Assembly: GCF_036971445.1 (NCBI RefSeq)
Contig: NC_091476.1
Coordinates: 10,664,001-10,728,000, forward strand
From: Narcine bancroftii
Taxonomy: Eukaryota
DNA: 64,000 nucleotides
Direction: 5' to 3'
The first letter of the stretch is position 1. The number at the start of each line of letters is the position of its first letter. Shown here piece by piece: positions 51,741 to 64,000 of this stretch. The position numbers and the translations under genes are program-made. The notes under the pieces are model-generated. The model had not been told where the DNA came from. It was given only the letters and a program-made list of their open reading frames with translations, and did not search any database.

Positions 51741-52772
51741 GTGCAGGAAATTAGACCCTGAAATTGTTTATTGGGAACAGAGGAATCTCATCCCCAGTGG
51801 ATTAAAAAGGAAAATGGGAATCTTGGCCCTGATTGAAAGTGCATCTGATGAATCACATATAGAATGGGGCATATAGCAGATTATCAAAGTTTTACTAAAG
51901 TACCAGACTAGAAGAAACTTAGGCAATGATTCATAGTGTTCATGAGAGAGTATCATTGTGGTAAACAATTATTCATTGCCATTGCTAAACTGTTGTGGGT
52001 GTTAGAATTATTCTCCCATTGAAAACATTAATGCATGTGTGTGTCATCAATTCACATTGTATAACATTGAAGAATAAAATTCTTTCTCTGCCACAGAGTT
52101 AATACTGGAGAAAACTAAGCGATGGACTGCAGGCCAACTTATCTTTCCCTGAAGTCAAATATCTTTAAATGAACAAGAGTGTATGAGGATCGAAACAGGT
52201 AGGACACCATTAACATTCATGTAAATCCTTCACTTTTTATTATCCTTGGGATGCATGGTTCATTGCACTGAATCGTCAATTTCTGGAATTTAATTCTGGA
52301 AGAGGTATGTTTTGTCTTTCCCAGGCTCCAATTCAACACTTTGAACATGAATTGCTTTATTCATATATATGACATTAGTATTTAATTGGCATGGTGATAT
52401 TTTGTGCTTCTTCTCACCTGTAAGACCTTTTGCATCTTATTTATTTACCACTTCTGTGTTTAGGTGTTCCAGGTTTAGATTTACCTCCTGAGGCCTGCCA
52501 TTCTTCTTGTTGATGGCATTGCTGAATCTTATTTTAAAGTCTCAATGGTTTTACAGCTGTAATATCAAACAGACAAGAAGATTTGAAATTTCTTTTCTGG
52601 TTTTTGTTAGAAATATATTTTTTATAAAGATATGCTCAAGCAACAGCACCTGATCTGAAAATGGTCTCCTATTTAACTGTCTATGCACACAAGGGGTTGA
52701 GGTTTACTAAATAAATACACAGAGCCTAATTGTACAAATAAGTATTTAATTCAGAAATGATTAGTAGTCTAG

Positions 52773-52776
<4 letters not shown>

Positions 52777-52851
<75 letters not shown>
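52777..52851. repeat. (GT)n microsatellite
   Basis: About 37 perfect GT units. Confidence 0.98.
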
Positions 52852-52852
<1 letters not shown>

Positions 52853-52974
52853 TAATTAGATTTTTTAAAAGACAGAAAGTTTTCAAGAAAGCAAATGTTT
52901 CATAAATTTGTGTAACTTTAACCTTCAGGTGATGGTGAGATGTCACTACCACTGATTGCATTTTATATTTAAAT

Positions 52975-53975
52975 TTAAATTTAGACATACAACATGGTAA
53001 CAGGCCGTTTCAGCCCACAAGCCCGTGCCATCCAAATACCCCAATTAGCCCACATGCCCCGTACATTCTGAAAGGTGGGAGGAAACCAATGCAGACACAC
53101 GGGAAAGCAAACAAACTTCTTACAGACAGCACTGGTTTTGAACCCAGGTCGTAGACACTATAGCCCCTTTCACACTGGCAACCCAATAAATAGGTGAGGA
53201 AATGACCCGGGTAGCTGCACCAGGCTTAAGCCATTCACACTCGACCTTGAATTACCTGGTGCATGTGGATATCTCGAATCTAAGGGAGGTCCAACCTCCA
53301 GTGGTGACATCCCTAGTGACATATTATGTATTTGCAGGGCATGAAGTTGTAGCGGGAGTAAAGCACATTAGCACACAATGTATAAACGAGCATGGGAAAA
53401 AATGCACACAATTTAATAAGACTTACGCATGCAATGTATAAAAGACCATTGGAAAATCTACTGCAGCGGGCTTCAGTCTGTTCAAACATGGGATCTGAGA
53501 GGACATTGGGCTGAGCACTAATGCAAGTTCTGTGATCATACTGGGTAAATAAGAACAACTTAGCATTGATATTGTATTAGGTATTATATATAAGTAATCG
53601 TGAGATGATTTAAAGCACAGATATGCTCTGACAGCTCCACTGGCCGCCCTGTGAAATATAAATGCACTGATATTCAAACTACCAGATTGATGCACGCACA
53701 CAGGTACTGATGTCATTAATGGTACCTGGTAGAGCCAATTCTTCGTTCAAATTTCAGTCGACCAGGTGCCAAGTGAAATCCGAGTTAACTCAACCAGGCT
53801 CTGATACAACCTCCTACCAAGTATCAGAGTCCAGTTGATTTTTAACCCCCCCCCCCCCCCCCATACCTGGTTGGGAGCATTCACATTGGCAGGTGACCCG
53901 CTATATTGCCCAGTTCAACCCACGTTATTTGGCAGTGTGAAAGGGGCTAAAAATAGTGTTGCGCTAACTGTGGAA
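52975..53975 (-). mobile_element. V-SINE/HE1-like SINE split by a DNA transposon
   Basis: Body at 52975-53160; the A-box part (gttgcgctaactgtg) resumes at about 53950. Confidence 0.75.
53161..53949. mobile_element. Non-autonomous PIF/Harbinger-like element
   Basis: Perfect 17-bp inverted ends TAGCCCCTTTCACACTG / CAGTGTGAAAGGGGCTA (including the flanking TA), with subterminal CATTCACA repeats. Confidence 0.82.
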
Positions 53976-54816
53976 CTACTTAGGAAAGAGGCACAACCCA
54001 ATAATAATTACAAAAATGAATGCACTGAGTCATGTCATTACAAGATCAAAATTACATTACAGCAAATTGCTGAAATATTCTAAGATGGGGGAAATTAATA
54101 GTAGCATTTCTGAGAAGTAGGGCCGCAAATTATAGTCTCATTCTATTGAACAGAATATACAAATTTAAGAAACCATGAAATAAACAATCCACTCCACCTT
54201 CTTTCCCCATTGCCTCTTTTATCCCCCTTTCCCACTTTAGTCTCATTAATGAGTCCTAACCCAAACCTTTGACCGACCACTCCTATCCATGACCTGGTGA
54301 GTTTCTACAGCTTCTCATTGTTTTCTGTGGATTACAGCACCTGCAATTTCCATGTTTCTCTTTCTGTTTAAAATGAATCTGAGAACTGGAGACTTGAATT
54401 TGGACACAGTATTCTAATTGGCAGGATGCAAATGGCAATATCTGACCTCATCTACTTACTGTAGCTTCAAATTTATGATGACTAAGATTGGTGGCACCAA
54501 AATCAGTGTGAATAAGCATAAACGTACAAAGAGCAGAGCATATGGAATTCAAAGTAAGGAAGGGTGATGATGTGAATGTTGGACTGAGTGAAAATGGGCC
54601 AAATCAATCTGATTACCAGCTCTTAACCAGAGCTTCTTATTCTAGATTGGAATCCATGTACCACAATTAAAGGTCATTAATAATGATGCTTCCCACTGCT
54701 ATGGCTTTTCTTTTACTAAGATCATTGAATGGAGACAATTTTGTTTCTCGTGCATTGTTTCTCTACTCCAGTTTTGCACTGCATCAAATAAATATAAATG
54801 ATTTTATGTGGTATTA

Positions 54817-55043
54817 CAGTAAAACCCCCGGTATCCAGCACCTTTTGGGGATTGATAGATGCCGGATAAGTGAATTTGCCGATTGCTTGAGATTACATGT
54901 TGCTTGATTGGCGAACCGACAGCTTGGAGTGTGGGGGAGGTTAGTGAGGAGTGCAATTTTAAACATTCATATTTTTTTTACCTATTTATTTTCCGTGATA
55001 CCTTTGCCGGTTGCTTGAATTCCAGATAATGGGGATTTTACTG
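54817..55043. mobile_element. Tc1/mariner (Tigger-like) MITE
   Basis: CAGTAAAACCCC / GGGGATTTTACTG ends with TA flanks. Confidence 0.82.
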
Positions 55044-55739
55044 TATTTGGATAACAAAGAAAGGGTAGGTCACATAGGGAAAAGACAATTCAGGGAATCT
55101 GATCTGCTTTAAAGGATGAAGCAATATATTAATTAGTTCTCAGATTGAAATTAAGACAAATGAACTTGTATACCATACTCTGATCATTTGACCTTCCTCT
55201 GTGATATGCAGGATAGTGCAAAATCTTTGATCACAATTAATTCTGAGGACAATTAATTTAAGAAATGTTGATGCTTTTATTTCTAAAATGCATTAGAAGT
55301 ATTTTGTTCGTGTTAAATATTATTTTCATCATTTGCTTTGAGTTGTAAAGTTTACACCCGCGGATAAGGGTTTCAACTATGTCACCACACAATGTCCGAC
55401 ATTTTGTGTGTGGGCAATTTTACAGCCAAGGCAAATATTGAAATGAATCATCTTGGACATGTTACAGACTAAAAGACATTTAAAAAAGGACTATGTATAT
55501 CATGTTATTGTATTTTAAATAACTCTTATTTGGGTACAAAATATTTCATATTTTGTTATTCTTGTAGAACAGTTATGGATGTCTAATGCTATGTATTCCA
55601 GGAAAGTACAATATAATATTTGTTACTCCTAGGATATTTTAATACCTATTTATATTTGTAATGTAAATACTAAAATAGTTATTGTCCTTTCAAGCAGTTT
55701 TGGCAGGTTGTGTTCTTGCTGTTTTAATGGCATGGGTTG

Positions 55740-57975
55740 GTATAAATAGCCACATGGCAAATCAAGGGATCAGGATCACAAGTCAACCTTATGAGTTAAG
55801 GTCAATGACGCCTCCCTTCTGGACAGACTGAACATCTCTTATATGAGGTTTGATGAGAAGAACAGGATGACGCCAAAGAAAGATTTGTGTCCCTCTGATG
55901 AATAGGCCCCCTGCATAGCAGTGGCCATGGTGAGGAGAACCCTATCTGAGGTGAACCCACACAAGGCTGCAGGACCAGATAACATATTTGGTCAGGTACT
56001 GAAGGACTGTGCAGACCAATTGACGGAGGTCTTCATAGACATCTTCAGCACCTTGCTGCAGCAAGCCATTGTTTCTGGAGGGTTCAAGACAGCCACCACC
56101 ATCCCGGTACACTGACCTCCACCATTATGAAATGCTTTGCAAATCTAATGATAGAAATCATCAAAACACACCTCCACTTCAATTCACCTCGAGAAGAGAC
56201 TGTTCCACAGATGATGCTATAGACTTGTCACTTCACTAAGTCTTGACCCATTTAGAGAACAACACCTCATATGCCAGGCTGCTGTTCATGGACTTCAGCT
56301 CGGCATTTAATATGATAATTCCCCAGAGGCTTGTGGAGAAGCTGTCCTTGCTGGAACTCAACATCCCTCTCTCTAACTGGATCCTGGACTTTCTAACTGA
56401 AAGAGTAGTGTCTATCTGGGTCAGTAGCAGAATGTCAAGCATTGTCAAGCTGAGCCCTGGTGCACCTCAGGGCTGTGTGTTCATCCTGCTCCTATTCACA
56501 CTACTGACCCACGACTGCATGTTGGATCCAGCTCCAACAGTGTCATCAAGTTTGGAGGTGACACAACAGTTGTTGGCCTCATCAGCAACAACGATGTGTT
56601 GCACTACAGAGAAGAGGCGGAAAATCTCGTGAAATGGTGCAAGAGTAACAATCTGAGTCTCAATGAGGACAAGATGAGGGAGATTATGATGGAGTTCAGA
56701 AGGATGAGGAACAGCCACCCTCTTCTACATATCAACAACTCTGTAGTAGAGAGAGTGGAGAGCACCAAGTTCCTTGGAGTTCACTTAACTAGTGATCTTC
56801 AACATCTCCTCAGCTGTCAGGAAGATGGAAGAGAATTACAAAATCCAATAAACATGTACATATCCATACCAAAAGTCCGTATTTGTCCCAACCATCCCCC
56901 CCCCCCCACCCAACCCCAGCGAAAACATTCCAAAAACTTATCTCGATCCCACTCATCATAGGGCACATGACCCCTATCAAGACCTGGAATGAAAAGAAAT
57001 CACAGTGGCAATGCCATTCAAAGAAAACACTAAAAAGAAAAGAAAGAAACTCAAAAGAAAAACTTAGGGCCTGAAAAGAAAAGGGCAGGTGCGTCGTCTG
57101 CACCAAGTCCTGTTTCCATAATCACATCTCTGGCCGCTCTGGGATAATTTAACCTTATCCCTTTTTAAAAGAGGGGGAATCAATCCACCTGAGAATCAAT
57201 GCACTGCAAGTAAGGTTGTCACACTCTCACAAATGTGACAGGTTTCCTCCATAGGTTTTATGTGATTTTCTCCAGGAGAATGCAACTCTGCATTTCCATA
57301 TTCCATTGTGTGGTATTTAGCTGGCAGTTGGATTTCCATGAAACCACTATGCACTTCCTGGCTATCGCCAAATCGATCTTCATAAATTAAATTTGGAATT
57401 TAGTCTGTCTAAACTGCATGTGACTGCACTTCTAAAGACGAAAGTGGACAAGGCTACTACCTTCTATAGGATCTCTATCTAGAGCATCAGTTGCACAGAG
57501 AAATAGATAAATGGTCAATCCACAGGACCATAAGAGTGGCAGAGAGGATCACTGGAGTCTTCCTCGTGAACCCCCTCCCCCCACAATTGGCATGATCTAC
57601 TGGGATTGTTGTCTGAAGAAGGTGCGCAAAATCATTGAGGACCCCTTCCACCCTGCACACAGCATCGTTCAGCTGCTCCCATTGGGGAAGAGATCCAGGA
57701 GGATTAGAGTCAGCACCACCAGGCTGAGGATCAGCTTCTTCCCTCGGACAGTGAGAATGCAGAACGACCAAAGGAACTGCTCACGCTATCCATCCGAGTC
57801 TCTTATATTCATGAAACAATATTTATTTGTTTGTTTAAATGTAATACTTGTCCTGCGTATGCATTGTTTGTCTATATGTGTGCAATGTTTGGCTTTGTGC
57901 CTGCAGGTTTGGCAGCAAGGACCGAAGAACACTATTTCATTTTCTGTACAATCAGAAGACAATAAACTTGAAATT
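55740..57975 (+). mobile_element. Rex1/Babar-like LINE RT fragment, interrupted by an L1/Tx1-like 3' end (-, about 56830-57410)
   Basis: Reads [39 protein letters not shown] and KFLGVHL; the 3' part resumes at about 57420. Confidence 0.85.
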
Positions 57976-59084
57976 TATGTCTGCATGGAAAATGAATATA
58001 AGAGAATGTAAATATAGGATTTTTGAGACATTCTTCTTCCAATACACCACAAAAAAAACGGGCGCTCTCAACAACTTTCCCTATCGTACTTGACTAACCC
58101 AAATAATTGGATTCTTGGAATTTAAGGAATAAAAATTCAAGAGCAGTAAATTGACGCTGAGCAGTTAAAATGTACTGAGAAAATAATTATAATTGTTCAG
58201 AGTAAATGATCAAACCATATAACCTTCAGTCTTGGTTCACGCTTGGATTCACATTTCTATTCCGTCATTTTTGGAAATTTTTTATTCGTGATGCAAGTCA
58301 AAAAATTTCTGCGAGTCCAAACAGATCATGACAGGGAGTTCCATGATGTATCGGTACAAAAAGAAAATGGTGGGCTGTGGAACAGCTGTAACGGCAGCAC
58401 TGGTGTGGACCTGGGAGAGAGGAGAGCGGAGACACAGTCAGTTTATTGACATTTGTTATCTGTTTACTTGCTTACAGGTTTATGCTGTGTATAGTTTATT
58501 TTTGCACTACGAATTAGGGATAATTCTGCCACACCCGCAGGATAAAGGAATCTCAGGGCTGTATGTATTCTGACAATAAATCTAAAATATGAAATCTGAG
58601 AAAAATTGCATGGTTGGGCTTTCTTATTGATATTTTTATATTTAGGCATTTTCTTGGCCTTTACTTTCTCTGTTACTGATGTAATGTTACTAAACAAGTC
58701 GTTGCCTGGGTAGGTTTCATAGTCCATGTTTATTGTATACAATATTGTATGAGTTTGTTTCCCTAATCTATATGCTACAACTTATTCATGCAAGATGACA
58801 GTAATCCTTTAATTTCCTAACAAGTCTTTTTGAAAATTCTACGACATTTATATAACATTTTCCTGGGTCAGATGATTTAAGTCCCGGTAATGACACTTTC
58901 TCTCCAAGGCCATCTGAAAATTGCTTATTTATATTCTCACCATACTTAGTGAGCACTACCCAGGTCAAATAATTAAGTTTACCAAATTAACATTGCTTAT
59001 AGGAGAAAAGGTAAGATGCCAGCTATTAGTATGTAACCCCGATATATTTTGTGTTATAATCCTGGTTGTCAGACAAAATAGCAC

Positions 59085-60310
59085 AATGTGGCATGGTTAA
59101 CACAACCCTCTAACAGCTCGGAGCCGAACAGGAGTGTGGGTATGACAACGGCTCTGTATACGCTTATCTTTGTGAGGTTTTTCAGTTGGTTGTTTTTCCA
59201 GACTCTTTTGTGTAGTCTTCCAAAGGCGCTATTTGCCTCGGCGAGTCTGTTGTCTATCTCATTGTCGATCCTTGCATCTGATGATATGGTGCAGCCGAGA
59301 TAGGTAAACTGGTTGACCGTTTTGAGTTTTGTGTGCCCGATGGAGATGTGGGGAGGCTGGTAGTCATGGTGGGGAGCTGGCTGATGGAGGACCTCAGTTT
59401 TCTTCAGGCTGACTTCCAGGCCAAACACTTTGGCAGTTTCCGCAAAGCAGGACGTCAAGCGCTGAAGAGCTGGCTCTGAATGGGCAACTAAAGCGGCATC
59501 GTCTAATCATGGGTCCTCTACCGGCATCACCTACGGCTCCTAGAACGCTTCCACCAGCGTTGTCTCCGCTCCATCCTCAACATCCATTGGAGCGCTTTCA
59601 TCCCTAACGTCGAAGTACTCGAGATGGCAGAGGTCGACAGCATCGAGTCCACGCTGCTGAAGATCCAGCTGCGCTGGGTGGGTCACGTCTCCAGAATGGA
59701 GGACCATCGCCTTCCCAAGATCGTGTTATATGGCGAGCTCTCCACTGGCCACCGTGACAGAGGTGCACCAAAGAAAAGGTACAAGGACTGCCTAAAGAAA
59801 TCTCTTGGTGCCTGCCACATTGACCACCGCCAGTGGGCTGATATCGCCTCAAACCGTGCATCTTGGCGCCTCACAGTTTGGCGGGCAGCAACCTCCTTTG
59901 AAGAAGACCGCAGAGCCCACCTCACTGACAAAAGGCAAAGGAGGAAAAACCCAACACCCAACCCCAACCAACCATTTTTCCCCTGCAGCCGCTGCAACCG
60001 TGTCTGCCTGTCCCGCATCGGACTTGTCAGCCACAAACGAGCCTGCAGCTGACGTGGACTTTTACCCCCTCCATAAATCTTCGTCCGCGAAGCCAAGCCA
60101 AAGAAGAAAAAGAACAGCACCAGCGACCTGGATGCAAATCTGGCGCAGCCAGCAAGGAGATTGTACATTCTCCCCATGACTGTGTGGGCTTCCTCTAGGA
60201 TCTTCGACTTCCTCCCTCGTTTTAAAGGCTAAAGTTCATTGTTTGCATGGGTGTGTTTGAGCAGAGTGGGCTCATGAGCTGGAGTGGGCTCATACTGTAT
60301 CTCTAAATTA
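59085..60310 (+). mobile_element. V-SINE/HE1-like SINE split by the RTE
   Basis: A-box part at 59085-59117; B box and core continue from 60119. Confidence 0.7.
59118..60112 (+). mobile_element. Young RTE (BovB-like) LINE with an inverted 5' segment (59118-59504 on -, 59505-60112 on +)
   Basis: Uninterrupted RT C-terminal frames on both strands, a zinc-finger-like C-terminus CSRCNRVC..H, a (GAA)-rich tail and TSD AACAGC. Confidence 0.93.
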
Positions 60311-62419
60311 AAAATGGGAAGGACCAGACTTTCTGTGTTTCCTGTCAAAGATTAGTGAATATTTTCCACTTTTCTCAAAGTATTCTGAAGAACATGAAAT
60401 AGACAAGTCTCCTGTTCTAAGATAATGATATTGTGTGGAATTATGATCTGGTATTGTAATGTTTTGCCTGGAATAATAATGTACTTGTGAAGTATATGTG
60501 CCTAAACATTCATATAAATCAATAAATTCTGATCTAGTTTGGTGATTAGAGCAAAACATTGACCAGTAAATAATTCTGATATCATATCTCAATTTATTTA
60601 AAGTAGGTCATGCCAACATATTACATTTCAGAATGGTAATTTTAAATAAAGCACATTTACATTTACACAATTGTTTCCAATTACATCTTCTTATTCGCTC
60701 AACTGATGGAGTCCTTGGGGATGACAGAGTCCTCAAGGTTGTCTGTCTCATTTCCCATTCTTATCCTCTCAACCCTTCTCCTCTCTCTAGGAACCACAAT
60801 GGCCTTTTCACCTCATCAGCCTCCATATTCAGAATGACAGATGTCTTCTACCTCCCATCTCCTGCATAATTCTATTGAAAAACACATAACACTCTCCTTA
60901 CCCACTCTTACTTTTAACATTTTAAGGGACTATATATTCCCAAGCTCCCTTACTGCAATGGCCTACCCATTCAACTGCTCAAGATGGAATAGGCAACAGA
61001 TAGATGCTAGTGGTTTTAGAACATCAGATCTCAATCACACATGGAAGTACTGGATCACTGGTCACAAACAGTTATATCAAGACTGTAGCTTAAATATACA
61101 TGTTGGAAATCATCTTTGGGAACAGCATTTTAATGGAGAGCTAACCCATTTTCTGAATTAGGACAAAATGGTTGAATTGTCCTGTGAATAAAATTGAGAA
61201 CCTTATGAGTTCAAAGCACTGACCATGAACATTTTTTTTAAATTATGGGCTCAATTTAATTTCCAATAGGTTGAATACATATTTAGCTTTAAACTAGAAT
61301 ATAGAACATAACAGCACAGTGGTAGGAGACAGAATGTGTTAGTGGAGGGATGTTACTCAGACTGGAGGCTTGTGATCATTGTGTCGACTTAACAATGCCT
61401 ACTCAACAAACTAAATCTTCCTTATCTCACACCCCTAACACTCTTTTTCTTGCATCAATGTGAATGAAATTCGTCCTTTTTTGTATCAGATCACTGGATG
61501 GAGGGGGTGAACAGCCCATTATCCCCACATATTAGTTTATTATACTAATGTTTGCATGGATTTTGGTTTCGCAGGCAAATTTGCAGATCATCCCTCCAAT
61601 CTTCATATCTAGGTCATCACGGCCATAGTAAAGCTCAAATGGTTCCAGCACTATTGATTGGTGGTAAAATGAGTTAAATTGGTAGTTAGAGGGAAAGAAA
61701 TGTGAGCATTGCAGTTAAATTTAAAAGCTTGGTCTAACATCCAAACTGTGCTCAGCTTTCTTTGAAAAATCAATGCATTTAGTTCAAGTTAATAAGGACA
61801 ATACTACGACATATCATGCTCTATTATGCCTGGTGTTTCTTCCATGCCAAGAACATCAAAAGAGGCTTGCGTATCCAGTAGGGGATAAGAAGCATCTGCA
61901 GCAATGATGCACAAAACTGATTAAGATCCCAGTTTTTTTTGAAAGTGGAAATGATCCTATGTTGGTTTTGGAGTACTGCAACAAGATTTTAGATGCCCGG
62001 GGTATGTTAAAAATTATGTTATTCTGCAAGTCTTGAAAAATAATCAGTGATGGTGTGTTTATGTTTAAGATTCAAGCCTATCTAGAAAATGGTATCTATA
62101 GGCTAATAGTGGTTCAGAGTAACTTCCCCCAAATAAAAGCATGCATGAAGTAATGTGGCTCTTTTCTTTGAAACCTTAGTGTCTTCTCATTTTTAATTTC
62201 TACGGAGCAGGACTGAATTTGGGTTTGCTGCACTAAATAATGTCAGTGATAATTATCTTCTGTTTTCTACCATTGATCATCAGAATTTACTCCATACATT
62301 TATTGGTTGTAAGAATATACTTCCAGGAGCTTTCTTCTCTTTCCCTTTACAAAGGGTATACTGCACAGAAACACATTCTGATATCTTATATCTCTCAATT
62401 ATTTTGAAGTAAGTCAATT

Positions 62420-63062
62420 GTATTATCTGAATTAGTCATTTTAAATAAATCACAAGGGTTTACAATGTTCTCCCTTTTAATGGGGATTCCATTATCTTAT
62501 TCTCTCATCGTGTTAGCCAAACTGATCTGAACACTTTGCATTTGTCCAAATTAAATTCTCATTTCCATTCTTGGCCCACTCTCCCAGTTCATCTGGATCC
62601 TATTGTAATCTTAGATAACTTACCTCATTGTCCACTATACCACCAATTTGGAGGCATCCACCAATTTTTTAACCATGCCAACTCCTTTGTTATCCAACTT
62701 GCTAAGACAGATGACAAACAGAAGTGGATCTAGCACTGATCCCCACAGCATACCACTGATCACAAGCCTCCTGTCTGAGTAACATCCCTCCACTAACACA
62801 TTCTGTCTCCTACCACCAAGCCAATTCTGTATTTATTGGCTAGTTCACCTGGGGTTCCATGTGATCTGACCTTCTAGATCAGCCTATCATGCAGGAACTT
62901 GTCAAAAGCCTCCCTGAAATCCATGCATACAATATCCACCACCCTGCCTCGTCAATCTGCTTGGTTACCTTTTCAAAGGTTCAATAAAATTAAAATTCAT
63001 GAGGCATGATTTCCCATGCACAAAGCCATGCTGACCACCCCTAATCAATTTTTACCTTGCCA
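62420..63062 (-). mobile_element. CR1 RT fragment
   Basis: Reverse complement reads QHGFVHGKSCL..VDIVCMDFREAFDKFLH.RL..GMLWGSVLDPLLF. Confidence 0.8.
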
Positions 63063-64000
63063 AATTTCAAAAATTAAACCAGTTTTAGTATCACGCTCCA
63101 TGGGATTGACAAAGTCCCATATTCTTTGAGTACTCCTGGCCATCTTAACTGGAAATATAATATCTCAGATTAAAATATACAGCGCCACAAATAGAAACCA
63201 ATGGAAATCAATAATGAATCTCCCTTTTCCAACAGTCTGGCTTTGTCTGAGGTAAGACAATTCCAACATTGACTTCTACAGCTTTGTATCTTATGTAACC
63301 TCAATCAAATAGCTGATAACACAATTAATATCAATTTCATTTACAATCTCTTTTTTTAAAATATATTTTACAATTACATTAATTGTTTCTCCCTTTGCCT
63401 TTAATCTTTACTTGTCATAAATATTCTTTTTTTAAATCATAGTATGATAGCTATTCCTAAATTATTCCTACGAGTCTATCCTACAAATTTTGCTCTTCTT
63501 ATGGTTTATATAATTAGTATAGATTCTTTCTCTTAACTCTTCAACCAAAGTTGAATTCCTTGCCTGCTTGGTGAATGATTGTATCTTTTGCCAGGGGTTG
63601 TAGAATGTTTCATATTAGTATGTGATACAAATAGTGAATGAGTTTAACTGAGAGGGAGAATTAGGGAGGCCAAACATCTCCCAATATCAGGGAGCAATAT
63701 TTGCAAATCACTGTCAAATCAGAAAGGAATTGCCAGCTGAGCAGTGAGTGAAAGTGAAACTTAAGAAGGATTCCATTGACCATTAAATGAGTAGACATTG
63801 CAAAAATAGTAAAGCTCGGTGAGCATGTCTAAAGAGAAGTTATATGGTTATATTTTTTCACAGTGAAAGCAAAAAGGTTTACTCATCTAGGCCTAATCTG
63901 GCACTTGATACTGTTATTTTTTTCACCTACAAAGCAAACACATTCTCTCAACTTGAAGACTGAGCCAAGCCTAGTTTTCAAATTTAAGAGAATTCCAATC

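Noticed and set aside
59683-60179. Overlapping 164-aa and 124-aa ORFs
   Set aside because: Alternative frames of the young RTE.

Overview
Vertebrate genomic DNA, most likely a cartilaginous fish (shark or ray), judged from V-SINE/HE1-like, CR1, Penelope-like, Rex/L2, RTE and Chapaev repeats. It holds two genes in tail-to-tail orientation. The first is the last three coding exons of a WAVE/WASF3-like gene (+ strand; 899-1153, 6689-7065, 10042-10199). The second is a GPR3/6/12-family receptor, most like GPR185/GPRx, with a single coding exon (- strand; 42007-43002) inside a CpG island and a probable non-coding first exon ending at 43532. The pair looks like a fourth WASF-GPR ohnolog block that mammals lack. 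The rest is AT-rich and repeat-rich, with several resolvable nested insertions: a Gypsy inside a composite hAT-like MITE, a solo LTR inside Chapaev3, a solo LTR inside a Penelope-like element, and a young 5'-inverted RTE and a Harbinger-like MITE each splitting a SINE head. I found no convincing wholly new biological system. All calls are by eye, without database searches.
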